A stretch of DNA of 48,968 nt from Octopus sinensis (taxonomy: Eukaryota): assembly GCF_006345805.1 (NCBI RefSeq), contig NW_021835334.1, positions 1-48,968 of the forward strand. The letters are read 5' to 3'. The position numbers and the translations under genes were made by a program. The first letter of the stretch is position 1. Each line of letters begins with the position of its first letter. This document shows positions 23,462-35,569 of the stretch, piece by piece. The notes beneath the pieces are model-generated. The model worked only from the letters and a program-made list of their open reading frames with translations. It searched no databases and was not told the origin of the DNA.

Positions 23462-23798
23462 GTAAAAACCCCCTTCGGTCTTGAATAACTACGGGATTGC
23501 ACCTAGAAAGTTCCCCTCATAGGAACAAGTCCGGGCAAGGTTAATTACGAAAGACCAGCAGTTACCCATGCATACGAACCTCCCCTCGCCACGCCACCGA
23601 TGTTATCCAAGAAAAAGGAAAAAAACCCGCTACAGATTGGCCCCAATTACGCTACAACTCATTTCCATAACTGAATGAACTCGAGCAACGTGAAATAAAG
23701 TGTCTTGCTCAAGAGCAGAACATACAGCTCGGTCAAGAAATCGAACCCACTACTTCATGATTGCGAGCTCGACGCTCTTACCACTAAGCCATACACAT
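23462..23798 (-). mobile_element. Family T SINE, near full length
   Basis: Core GTGAAATAAAGTGTCTTGCTCAAG, B box GAAATCGAACCC, head CCACTAAGCCAT, long tail shared with the 28405 copy. Confidence 0.8.
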
Positions 23799-24302
23799 TC
23801 ACAGGTGCCTCTATATGTTTATGTACTTATGTTCGTTACTGCCTTATAATAAGTTACCTTGCTACTGTCCCTTTATGCCCAAATCTATTCTAAGGACATT
23901 CTCACCAGCATCCATTTGTTGTCCCCTTTTTATTTAATCCCTCCTTCATTTGTTTACTCCCTTCTTTTCTTTCTTCTTATTCCGATTCTGATTTTCTCTG
24001 CTCTGCCTTCTTTTTCGCATATTTTATTCACAGCAATTCATTCCCCATTCATTGCCTGCATTCCTGCCACTTATAGTTTCTTCTAGTCTTCGTTAAAAGA
24101 CAAATCTCCGACGTGACAGATTTATTTTTCCTCTCCTCTCAACAATCACACCCTTCAATATTTTTCATTTACCGTTACCGAAATCCACCCGAACCAGTTA
24201 ACACAGTTAACAGAAATTTAACCTATCTAAATGCTTATTCAACCGAAACAAACCCCAATCGGCTCAGCTGATGGCGCAATACAGAGGCTGTTGGAATCCA
24301 AG

Positions 24303-25175
24303 GCTGCGAGCTGACAGAAACGTTAGCACGACTGGCGAAATGTTTAGCTGTATATTGTCTGTCTTTACGTTCTGAGTTTAAATGTCGACTTTGCCTTTCA
24401 TCCTTTGAGGGTCGATAAATTAAGTACCAGTTGCGTACTGGGGTATATCTAATCGACTGACCCCTCCCTCAAAGTCTTGTGCCTAGAGTAGAAAATAATA
24501 TTGGTTTCACATAAGACGGCGAGCTGGCAGAAACGTTAGCACGACGGGCAAAATACTTATCGGTAATTCGTCTGTCTTTCCGTTCTGAGTTCAAATTCTG
24601 CCGAGGTTGACTTTCCCTTTCATCCTTTCGGGGCCGATAAATTCAGTACCAGTTGCTTACTGGGGTCGATCAAATCGACTGGCCTCCTCCCCCAAAATTT
24701 CGGGCCTTGTGCCTAGAGTAGAAAAGAATATTTTTAAAGGCGGCGAGCTGGCAGAACCGTTAGCACGCTGGACGAAATACTTATCGGTAATTCGTCTGTC
24801 TTTCCGTTCTGAGCTCAAATTCTGCCGAGGTTGACTTTCCCTTTCATCCTTTCGGGGTCGATAAATTCAGTACCAGTTGCTTACTGGGGTCGATCAAATC
24901 GACTGGCCTCCTCCCCCAAAATTTCGGGCCTTGTGCCTAGAGTAGAAAAGAATATTTTTAAAGGCGGCGAGCTGGCAGAACCGTTAGCACACTGGACGAA
25001 ATACTTATCGGTAATTCGTCTGTCTTTCCGTTCTGAGCTCAAATTCTGCCGAGGTTGACTTTCCCTTTCATCCTTTCGGGGTCGATAAATTCAGTACCAG
25101 TTGCTTACTGGGGTCGATCAAAGCGACTGGCCTCCTCCCCCAAAGTTTCGGATCTTGCACCTGGAGTGGAAAAGA
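24303..25175 (+). mobile_element. Head-to-tail array of four family M SINEs; last three with ~224 bp period
   Basis: Units start at ~24303, 24516, 24739 and 24963. Equivalent positions 24607, 24831 and 25055 give a 224 bp period. Copies 2-4 share private variants (AATACTTATCGGTAATTCG, GACTTTCCCTTTC). Confidence 0.92.
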
Positions 25176-25688
25176 ATACAGAGCCTGCTGGAATCCATTC
25201 TCAGAAATACAACTACCAAATGACTCAAACTCCTATTTAACCGCATTAATTCCAGTGTAATTCACTAATATCGACTCAACTCACCAGGCAACGAATGAGA
25301 GGGCAATACTCTTTTAACCCTTAATCCTGTCCCCTGTCACTAAGCCAATTGTCTCCAAACTGACCGTAGACCTCCACGTTTTCAACCATGTTTAACAACT
25401 CCTCAGTGTCTGAAACCATTCGCAGAGAGACAACAGCAAAACAACTCAACTCGTTGTTAAGCCATAATTATTCTATTCTAATTAAATTTCTCTGCCAATT
25501 CAGTGACAATTTTTAATTAGAAAATCAATTTATTACGTTTTATTGAGATTCATTGTCGTGAGCACGGACTTGTATTCAATGAGAATCGAAACCAGAGTGA
25601 CTTGCTCAAAAGCTTATCGCTGCCTGTTCACTCTTGCCTTAGAGGATAATTAGTAAGAAAGTTAAAAATGTGTGTGTATGTGTGTGAG

Positions 25689-25727
<39 letters not shown>

Positions 25728-25949
25728 GTGAGAATGTATGAAGCAATCTCTAATACTCTCCCTCTTTTCATCTCTCTTTCTCTTCCTCCCTCCCTCTCTT
25801 TCCGTCCTTTGTTAGAATTATTCTGGCAATCACCGCTTTTAGAAACTCTCTCCCAAAGCGCACTTCGCAGTAAATACCACCGCAGCCGCCGCCGTCATCG
25901 TCGTCGTCGTCTTCGGCGTCTCCTTCCTCTTCACCATCTCCTACATCTC

Positions 25950-26940
25950 ATTTAAGATTAACAACAGTACCACCAGCACCGCCAGCACCAGCACCACCAC
26001 CATCACCATCACTATCACCAGCACCACCGTCAACACCACAACCAACAGCAGTACCGCTACTACCACCGCCTCAACCACAACCACCTCCACTATAACAACA
26101 ACGACGACGACGACAACCTCCACCATAACCACCATCACCACCACCACCACCACCACCACCACCACCATCACCATCACCACCACCACCGTTACCTACATAA
26201 CTAACCGCTGGCGTCATGAGAACCAGTACCAGTAATATCCGGGTCTCTATCAGCAACACTAACACCTTCACTACGACGACGACTACCACCACCACCACAA
26301 CCAACACCAGAACCACCGCCGCTGCCGCTACCGCGACCACCACAACCACAGTCACTACCAGCACCACGACGGCCACCACCATGACGACCACCATGACGAC
26401 CACCGCCACCGCCACTACCACCATCACTAATACTTTTACCGCTGCTGCTGCTACTACTACTACTACCACCATCGTACCTCTCCCAGCAACACCCTAGCAA
26501 GCCATTAGCGTCATGGTGACCTTCAAGAATGTTGACCGGTACCAGTAAGATCCGAGTCATTATCAGCAACACTAACACCACCACCACCACCAGCACCACC
26601 GCCAACAACAACAACAACAACAACATCACTAATACCACCACCACCGCCAACAAGAACAACATCACTACCACCACCACCACCACCGCCACCGTCACCGCCA
26701 CCACCACCACCACCACCACCGCCAACAACAACAACAACATCACTAATACCACCACCAACACCACCACCGCCAACAACAACAACAACAACGTCGCTACAAC
26801 CACCACCACCACCACCACCACCATCATCATTACCACCACCATCACCATTACCGAACCACCCTCGGCTCAGGTCGTCGTCATCGTCGTCATCGTTGTCATC
26901 GTCGTCGTCGTCGTCGTCATCGTCATCGTCTTAATTGTCA
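25950..26940. repeat. Degenerate (ACC/AAC/GTC)n tract with an internal ~310 bp diverged duplication
   Basis: GTACCAGTAA.ATCCG.GTC..TATCAGCAACACTAACACC at ~26226 and ~26539; ACCGCCAACAACAACAAC(..)ATCACTAATACCACC recurs. Confidence 0.85.
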
Positions 26941-27415
26941 CGAGTTTCATCATTATATTTCATTTTTCTACATGGCGGTAAGTTTTAAATTAGGATGCGG
27001 TGAAATGACAAGTAAACGCTGTTAAGATAATTGGCTGGTCAACTCTGTGTAGGAAGATTGCCAGCGGGCAATTGTTGCTAATGAGCGCAACTCACCATCA
27101 GCATGTTAATTAAGCGCACAGCTGGTGTTGTGCTAATTGGTTTAACAAACACCACCACCGTCGCCACAATGTCGACCACCACCAGCGACAGCCGCAGCAC
27201 CACCAGCGCCACCGTTACCATCATCACAACCACTACTACGGACAGCAGCTTCTGACAACGGACAGTGGTTAGTGGTGATGGGCATGGGCAGAGGGGTGAG
27301 TGAGAGAGAAGATAAGCAGGAGTTATAGCGAAGCCTAACTACCGCCAGATTTCCAGAAAATGGCCGTCGTATAAAAAGACCGGAGCTACAGAGGAAACAT
27401 GGAAGAGTTAATTGC

Positions 27416-27471
<56 letters not shown>

Positions 27472-27610
27472 GCGTGTTATGTAACGGAGTAGTTAGGGCG
27501 TTGTGATGATGTAAAGCATGTCTTGGGCAATAAAATCGTAGCGGAGTCCATTTCTTGCCGAGTCTGGTCAAAACTAATACCTTCCTGATCGAAAGGTTTA
27601 GAGAGAGGGT

Positions 27611-27672
<62 letters not shown>

Positions 27673-28228
27673 CAGAGACAGAGAGAGAGAAAAAGAGAGA
27701 GAGAGAAATATCGACCTCCCCCAACACTGGACAGGTACATTATTCATTGACTTGGGAAGGATGAAAGGCAGATCTCTCTCTCTCTTTCTTTCTCTCTCTC
27801 TCTCTCTTTCTCTATCACACACACACACACGCACAGACACACGCGCACACACACATACACATCAACACCACCAACATAATAATCATCATCATCATCATCA
27901 CCACCACTATAGTCGTCATGGCTGTCTTCGTATACGCCGCCATCGTCGTGGTCATCACCCAAATTACGAATATGATGATAATGATGATGATGGTGATGAT
28001 GATGATGATGACAAGGATGTTGATGCTGATGTTGATGTTTATGATGATGACGATCATCATCATCATCATCATCACGCTCATTTATTCCGAAGACTTTCAG
28101 ACTGCGCCTCCATATATGAAACCGCTTTGCATTCTAATTTTTTAATGGAAAGGTTTACACTTGTCCACCTGTCGACCTCAAAAATCAATTTAAAATATTT
28201 TCTTCCATCTCTGTTTCGTTGATTTCCG

Positions 28229-28285
<57 letters not shown>

Positions 28286-28404
28286 GTCAATTTAATAACA
28301 TTAAGCATATAAGTTGGAAATTTTAAGTGCCTAAATGGTTTTAGACTGTGAGATTGTATGATGTGTACAATTATAGAAGCATTCCTGTATGTAAAAAGGG
28401 TAAG

Positions 28405-28712
28405 GGTAAAGAACCCCTTTGTAAATAAATGACAATGGGATTAGACCAAGGAAGCCCCACCCAGGCACAAGTCCGGGCAACATTGTTTAGGTAAGATCAC
28501 TTGTCGCCCCTGCATACCCGCCTCTCCTTTCCATACCATCGAAGGGAAAAGCAAAAACCGATACAATGACATCGGAACCAGTGACATCGGAACTCATTTC
28601 TACATTTGCGTGAACTGGAGCAACACTAAATAAAGTGTCTTGCTCAAAAATATAACACACAGCCCGGTCCTGGAACCGAACTCAGTACCACATGATTGTG
28701 AGCCCGGCGCTC
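28405..28712 (-). mobile_element. Family T SINE
   Basis: AACTCATTTCTAC..GAACTGGAGCAAC..AAAGTGTCTTGCTCAA..CAGCCCGGTCC. Confidence 0.8.
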
Positions 28713-28759
28713 ACAAATAAATGCCTGTATGTAAACATGTATGTTTGTGTGTGTATATA

Positions 28760-28797
<38 letters not shown>

Positions 28798-28806
<9 letters not shown>

Positions 28807-29015
28807 ATTGGTGAATTGAAGAAATGGAGCTGAACGCAGATTGAACAGAAATCGTTTTATTTCATTCTACACGTGTTTCGAAAGGCACAAATTACCAAAA
28901 TCCGATTGAATAATTTTGGTAATTGTGCCTTTCGAAACACGTGTAGAATGAAATAAAACGATTTCTGTTCAATCTGCGTTCAGCTCCATTTCTTCAATTC
29001 ACCAATAATGTTTTA
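28798..29015. repeat. Near-perfect palindrome: 104/103 bp arms, 11 nt loop
   Basis: 28798-28901 equals the reverse complement of 28913-29015 except for one 1-nt indel; loop CCGATTGAATA. Confidence 0.97.
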
Positions 29016-29161
29016 ATTTCAATTATCCGCACCAACGCACGGTTGCAACGCCAGATGGTTGTACCTCCAACCGTGCTGTTTACTGCTGTGATTTTTGCTA
29101 CTAAGGTATCGGTTAAACTTTTGATTAATCTACTACAAGATTATTCATCTTTCTATTTCAC

Positions 29162-29165
<4 letters not shown>
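28798..29165 (+). mobile_element. Probable Penelope-like terminal fragment with inverted 5' duplication, between (TA)n tracts
   Basis: Right arm contains GAA-AC(ACGT)GT-A (28934-28945), the 3' half of a hammerhead. About 150 bp of unique sequence continues to (TA)n. Family assignment is inferred. Confidence 0.45.
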
Positions 29166-29200
<35 letters not shown>

Positions 29201-29240
29201 TAATATATATATATTTACATACATACATACATAACATACA

Positions 29241-29276
<36 letters not shown>

Positions 29277-29974
29277 TATTTATATATATAGTAATATGAA
29301 TATCATACCAAAGCAATAGGATATACAGGGGATCTACTATAAGTGGTTCACAGATAGAAAAATTGTAGAACAGTACATGGCACCGTACAGAAACCCGTCA
29401 ATCTAAGGTCCATCTGAACTTGAAACTTATTGTAGCTCACACACAAATCCTGTGCCTATTAAATTATATTTTCTCTCGCTGGAGGGAGAAATCGTTTCGA
29501 TGAATCGTTGATCCTACCGGCAATGGAGCAATATACTATACTTACACTCACTCATGCACATACACACACATACACACACACATACACGCGTGCGCATACT
29601 CACAAACACACATATATATATGCATGTATGTATTTATGTATTTATGTATGTGCATATGCACTGGATAAATTTTTCCCGCATTCAAGAAAATAAGGAAGAT
29701 TATTTAATCGCCATAGACAAAACTTTTCTTATTCACCCATCAGAAATTTAGCTGAAATCCTAGCAGGCACACAGCAAATGTTTTGGAGGAGAAAGAAAGG
29801 AGCATTAATTACGCTATAAAGAGGTCCATTATAAAATACGCTCTATCGAACAATACTGATAATTACAGAATATTTGCCTCGAGGAAATGTATTCTGTTAA
29901 TTATTTCAAAATTAGAATTACTCAATTCTAGAAGAACTCAAACATTGAAATCTTCTTTAAATAGAGAAAAACAA

Positions 29975-30062
29975 GAACACGACACGCAGCCCGGTTCCGG
30001 ATTCGAACTCACAACCTCACGATCATAAGCTCGAAGCTCTAACCACCGAGCCACGCGCCTTC
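29975..30062 (-). mobile_element. Family T SINE head fragment
   Basis: CAAGAACACGACACGCAGCCCGGTTCCGGATTCGAACTCACAACC..CTAACCACCGAGCCACGCGCCT. Confidence 0.85.
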
Positions 30063-30609
30063 ATACACACAAACACACACACACACACACACATAAACAC
30101 ACACACACACATACGTATATATACATATATATACATATATACATATATGTACATAATTAGCTTCTTTTTTAGAATATTGCATTTCTTTTTAATGTCCTTT
30201 TTTATATGTGTTCTTGTATTAAAGATATCAATTTATTTTTGAATTTAGCCCGTTTTGTGTTTAACTTGTTAACATGGTGTTAGTATAAATTTTCGGATAT
30301 ATCGATTTTACTGGTACATTATTATTATTTTTTTTTTCTATATCTAAACACGCTGACAAAACGGAAACGATCGGCTGCAGCGAATAGTGTTATCATCAAT
30401 TTAAGATGTGACTTTCTCCATTCTCGTTCACGCTGTCAATCAACCTGGATTTATTGGAATTTATTCTCAGCGATATTTACTTGTCATACAAGACGAACCA
30501 GCCTCGATGTTAATTCTACTCGAATTTATTGGTTTCTGATTTGCTTAACACTGAGTGCTTTTTAAATATCTGCACGTGGATATATTAATCTCTTTTACCT
30601 CTTGTCATA

Positions 30610-31007
30610 TACTCTTTTACTCTTTTTACTTGTTTCAGCCATTTGACTGCGGCCATGCTGGAGCACCGCCTTTAGTCGAGCAAATCGACCCCGGGACTTA
30701 TTCTTTGTAAACCCAGTACTTATTCTATCGGTCTCTTTTGCCGAACCGCTCAGTGACGGGGAGGTAAACACACCAGCATCGGTTGTCAAGCGATGTTGGG
30801 GGGGGGGGGACAAACACAGACACATAAACACATACACACATACATATATACGACAGGCTTCTTTCAGTTTCCGTCTACCAAATCCACTCACAAGGCATTG
30901 GTCGGCCCGGGGCTATAGCAGAAGACACTTGCCCAAGATGCCACGCAGTGGGACTGAACCCGGAACCATGTGGTTGGTTAGCAAGCTACTTACCACACAG
31001 CCACTCC

Positions 31008-31008
<1 letters not shown>
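30610..31008 (-). mobile_element. Full-length family C SINE, close to consensus
   Basis: All modules present: tRNA head, CORE-like block, internal microsatellite, tail. Confidence 0.92.
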
Positions 31009-31044
<36 letters not shown>

Positions 31045-31047
<3 letters not shown>

Positions 31048-31316
31048 CGTGATCACCGTGACCGACAAGGCTATCAGATGTTGCTAAATATCGCTGGTCA
31101 CAATGCGCTTCACATTGGGTTTAAGCCTTGAAATGACGCCACCCCGCTGGCTAAGCGTGCAGTCCAATAGAAGAAAGAGTTAGAGAAAGTTGTGGTGAAA
31201 GAGTACAGTAGGGATCGCCACCACCTCCTGCCGGAGCCTCATGGAGTTTTAGGTGTTTTAGCTCAATAAACACCCACAACGCCCGGTCTGGGAATCGAAA
31301 CTGCGATCCTACGACT
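31045..31316 (-). mobile_element. tRNA-derived SINE, family K (head shared with the 41121 copy, different tail)
   Basis: GAGAAAGTTGTGGTGAAAGAGTACAG..TTTAGGTGTTTTAGCTCAATAAACAC..GGGAATCGAAAC. Confidence 0.85.
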
Positions 31317-31786
31317 GTATCTTTTTGCCTGTCAATCACTTAATAAAGCCGAAATTTTAAAAATCTGTTATCTCTCTCCCTCTCCCTCCCTCTCTTTACA
31401 CCGTCGCTAGAAGGGGATTTAACTCATGTTTTGTAAACAATAATGGCGTCACTACAGGGGATTTCTCCGCCCTGAAAATTGAAGTTATGGCTCAAAATGA
31501 TTTACCGCTATTTGCGGGTGCCTCGGGGGAAAATATTTCGACGAAAATACAGCTAGGATCGTGACGAATGTCCTCCTAAAATTTGAGCGATATGCGTATT
31601 AATTTGTGGATATGCATAAACTACATTCACGTACACACACACACACACACATCCTGCGTTATATATATACAGATATATGTATTCATATATATATATGTAT
31701 GTATTCCTATATATATAAATATAGTTTACATATATGTATGCATAAATATACATGTACATACACACACATATATATACACACATATA

Positions 31787-31840
<54 letters not shown>

Positions 31841-32511
31841 ATATATAATATATATATATATAGATATAATATACATCCACACACATACACATATCCCTAT
31901 ATATGTATATATATATATATATCTCATTTAGAGAATTATTATTGCTATATATATATATAAATGTGTCTGTGTGTTTGTGTTTGTATGTATGAATATATAA
32001 GTATGTGTATGTATATATGTGTGTGTGTCATTATTGGATGACATTCCGCATGAGCAGTTTGAGAGAATTGAAAACATAACACAGCATATGGTAGCCATAT
32101 GCCAACACCTTAATGCATTGTCAGTATTACTTATATAGCGATATACAACCATTTACACATGTAAGTATTTACGTGGGTTGTGCTACGATTTGTACGAGTG
32201 GTTTTTACTGCTTTCTTTTGCGTCTGTTGCCAGGAAATAAAAATCAAATAGAAATAATGTAAATAAAAAGGAAAAAAGTCAATGAATTTTCTTATTTAAT
32301 CTCAAAACGTTAAACTTCACGTAAATATTGTCTGTTGCTCACACAAGAGCTTTCAGTGACCGGTGTATGGCTCTGCTGGAGCACCATGCTCCGATGATTA
32401 CATTGGCTCAGATGCTCTGTTTTGTGTTCTTGTTATTAATAAACCTGGAAAACAAAATTTAGAATCTACTCGATAGTAAATGAACGTAACTGGAAAGTAA
32501 AAAAAAAAAAC

Positions 32512-33120
32512 ATTTCTACTCTAGGCACAAGGCCTTGAAAATTTTGTGGGTAGGGGGCTAGTCGACTATATCGATTAGAGTGCTTAACTGGTACTTATTT
32601 CATCGACCCAAAAGACTGAAAGGCTAAGTCGACCTTGGCGGAATTTGAACTCAAAACATAGCGGCAGGCGAAATACCTATTTCTTTACTACCCACAAGGG
32701 GCTAAACACAGAGGGGACAAACGGATTAAGTCGATTATATCGACCTCAGTGCGTAACTGGTACTTATTTAATCGACCTCGAAAAGATGAAAGGCAAAGTC
32801 GACCTCGGCGAATTTGAACTCAGAACGTAGCTGCGGATGAAATACGGCTACGCATTTCGCCCGGTGTGCTAACGTTTCTGCCAGATCGCCGCCTTGGTTG
32901 GATCAAATAAGCCTTTCTACTAGAGCCACAAGGCCTCAAATTTGTGGGGAGGGGACTAGTCGATAACACTGACTCCAGTGTTTCACTAGTACTTAATTTA
33001 TCAACGCCGACAGGAGCCCAAGTCGACTTCGGCGGAATTTGAACTCAAAACGTAGCGGCAGACGAAATACCGCTAAGCATTTCGTCCGGCGTGCTAACGA
33101 TTCCGCCAGTTCGCCGCCTT
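32512..33120 (-). mobile_element. Three head-to-tail family M SINE copies (chimeric tails)
   Basis: Units at ~32512-32677, 32677-32895 and 32915-33120, each with GTCGAC(C/T)T.GGCG(G)AATTTGAACTCA. Confidence 0.9.
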
Positions 33121-33225
33121 GGTTGAAATAAATAATGGAAACACTTTGATCAATGAGAGTTCTATTATTTAATCCATAATTTATGTACCTTTGGTAACAG
33201 CCACAGTTTTAATCTGTCGAGGGAT

Positions 33226-33335
33226 TACGGGAGAATCGTTAGCATCCCAGGCAACATCCTTAACGGTATTTCGTCTGTCTTTACGTTCTGATTTCAAATT
33301 CCGCCGTGGTTGACTTTGCCTTTCGTCCTATCGGT
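33226..33335 (+). mobile_element. Family M SINE 5' half
   Basis: AGAATCGTTAGCATCCC..GGTATTTCGTCTG..TTCAAATTCCGCCGTGGTTGACTTTGCC. Confidence 0.8.
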
Positions 33336-33589
33336 ATTTGCTAACAAATCTCCGTGCTCCAATTATTACTGTTCCAAATGTGAATTTGTAATCTGGATTA
33401 TAGAATGTTGTCACCAGTTAACCACTTTTCCCCTTGGTTTACTTGGTCTTCTGTAACATTCGTATCATCGGGACAGTAGAATTCTATGGAAGCATATGGT
33501 ATTTCATGTTTGCCCTAGACAGGAATATCTGGCCTGTTATGTTTTGATGGGAATGTTCCATCAGTATTTCTTCAATCTATGTTTATATA

Positions 33590-33755
33590 TCCCACTGCGT
33601 GGCACCTTAGGCAAGTGTCTTCTACTATAGATTGGGCTGACCAAAGCCCTGTGAGTGGATTTGGTAGACGAAAACTGAAAGAAGAATAAGTACTAGGCTT
33701 ACAAAGAATAAGTCCGGGAGTCGATTTGCTCGACTAAAAGGTGGTGCTCCATCCT
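33590..33755 (+). mobile_element. Family C SINE with large internal deletion
   Basis: CCCACTGCGTGGCACCTTAGGCAAGTG..GAAAACTGAAAGAAG joined to AATAAGTACTAGGC; the microsatellite module is lost. Confidence 0.82.
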
Positions 33756-33841
33756 GGGGCACCGCTATACACATACATTACATACATACAAGCATATATG
33801 CATACATATATTACATACATATATACATACATACATCTATG

Positions 33842-33872
<31 letters not shown>

Positions 33873-34162
33873 ACATATATATAAATTGGAGAAAAACCAC
33901 TATTCTGTAATTCAAACAATGATAGACATAAACCATATCATATCATTTTTTTGTACTTTTTGTGTTCTAGTTTTATGTTTTATAATATGTTTTATTTTTC
34001 TATATGGTATGATTTACGTCTATCATTGTTTGAATTGTATAATAGTGGCTTTTCTCCAATTTATATATATCATATATTTATATTGTGAAATTTGGTTTAA
34101 TACTAAATTGAATTTTTCCCTGTAAGTTTGGAGTTATACTCCCAATATTATTATTATTATTA

Positions 34163-34211
<49 letters not shown>

Positions 34212-34235
34212 GGTGTGTGTGTGTGTGTGTGTGTG

Positions 34236-34279
<44 letters not shown>

Positions 34280-34328
34280 CATATATACATACATACTTAG
34301 CACAAACACATAGAGACAACGGAGAGAG

Positions 34329-34373
<45 letters not shown>

Positions 34374-35271
34374 TCGTGTTGTACATATTAATGATTGTTT
34401 GTTGGACGCATTGAAAATGACTGAATCTTTTTAAGCCAGACACGGAATGGACGACAACGCTTCTGGTTCTTCAGTAAGATGTCAGCCTTGGTTCCACAGA
34501 GATACTTTATTGTTCCACATTTAATCAAGAAGACAATATTAAAGAGCACAGTAGCTACTAAGCGTTACTCAATGAGATAAGAACCTTCACAACATATCAA
34601 AATGCGTTTTGCTGGAGACTGTGCTGCGATTTCTAGCAGCTCCACCGACCACGCAGAGGCTAAATCGTGAAGCGATTGAAAAATTGTTTAAAGAAAAGAC
34701 CCATTAGCATTTACAGACAAACGACCGGGTGTCGTGGGTTGCCTGGGAATCAAATAATTAAAAATGGTAACATAAGTTATTACATGGCAACGCCTTAATA
34801 ATCAAAAAATAATCCATACACATAACCGCACCACTGTATATACATTCATGTGTAGACAATGATATATATATATATATAATATATATATATATATAGATAT
34901 ATATATATATATATATATATATAGATATATATTTGAAGTTGAGGAGAGAAGGAGAGAGGAATAGGAAGAGTGAGAGAGAGAGGGATACACTTGAAGACAG
35001 TTTTGTATGCGAAGTTAAATATATATCAAAGCACCGGTTAAGTGTATATCATCGATCATATATGCGTGTGTGAATGTGTGTGTTACATACAAGTCGATGT
35101 GTGAGTGTGAACATGTGTACGTGTATGTATGGATGTATGAGAACGCAAGCATTTAAAACACATATGCTCATTTATATAATGCACAGATGTTCAAGCGATG
35201 ATACATGGGTACAGCTGTTCATGATGTCAAAATTGTAAACACATGCTATATATATATATATTATATATATA

Positions 35272-35305
<34 letters not shown>

Positions 35306-35569
35306 ACCCTCTCTCGAACTTGCAGACTTATGTCAAAATCTGAAACAATGTTTTCAAGCAGGTATCAAAAGTGAAGGTGCCGTACCCTATTTTCCTGGAT
35401 TGTTCCATAACACAGTAAAATGTTTATTACAATAATAACACCCGACTGAACATTACGACAGAGAAATTGATAAAACCCCACATTATCAGTCAGCTCACGT
35501 CAGATATAAAATCCTCATTCAGATTTACACCTTATATAATGCATTTTTTAAATATTTTATTCCAGCTCG

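Noticed and set aside
24607-25240. Three near-identical 61-75 aa ORFs suggesting a tandem gene family or CRISPR-like array
   Set aside because: They are readings of tandem SINE copies starting at TTG; there are no unique spacers or cas genes.
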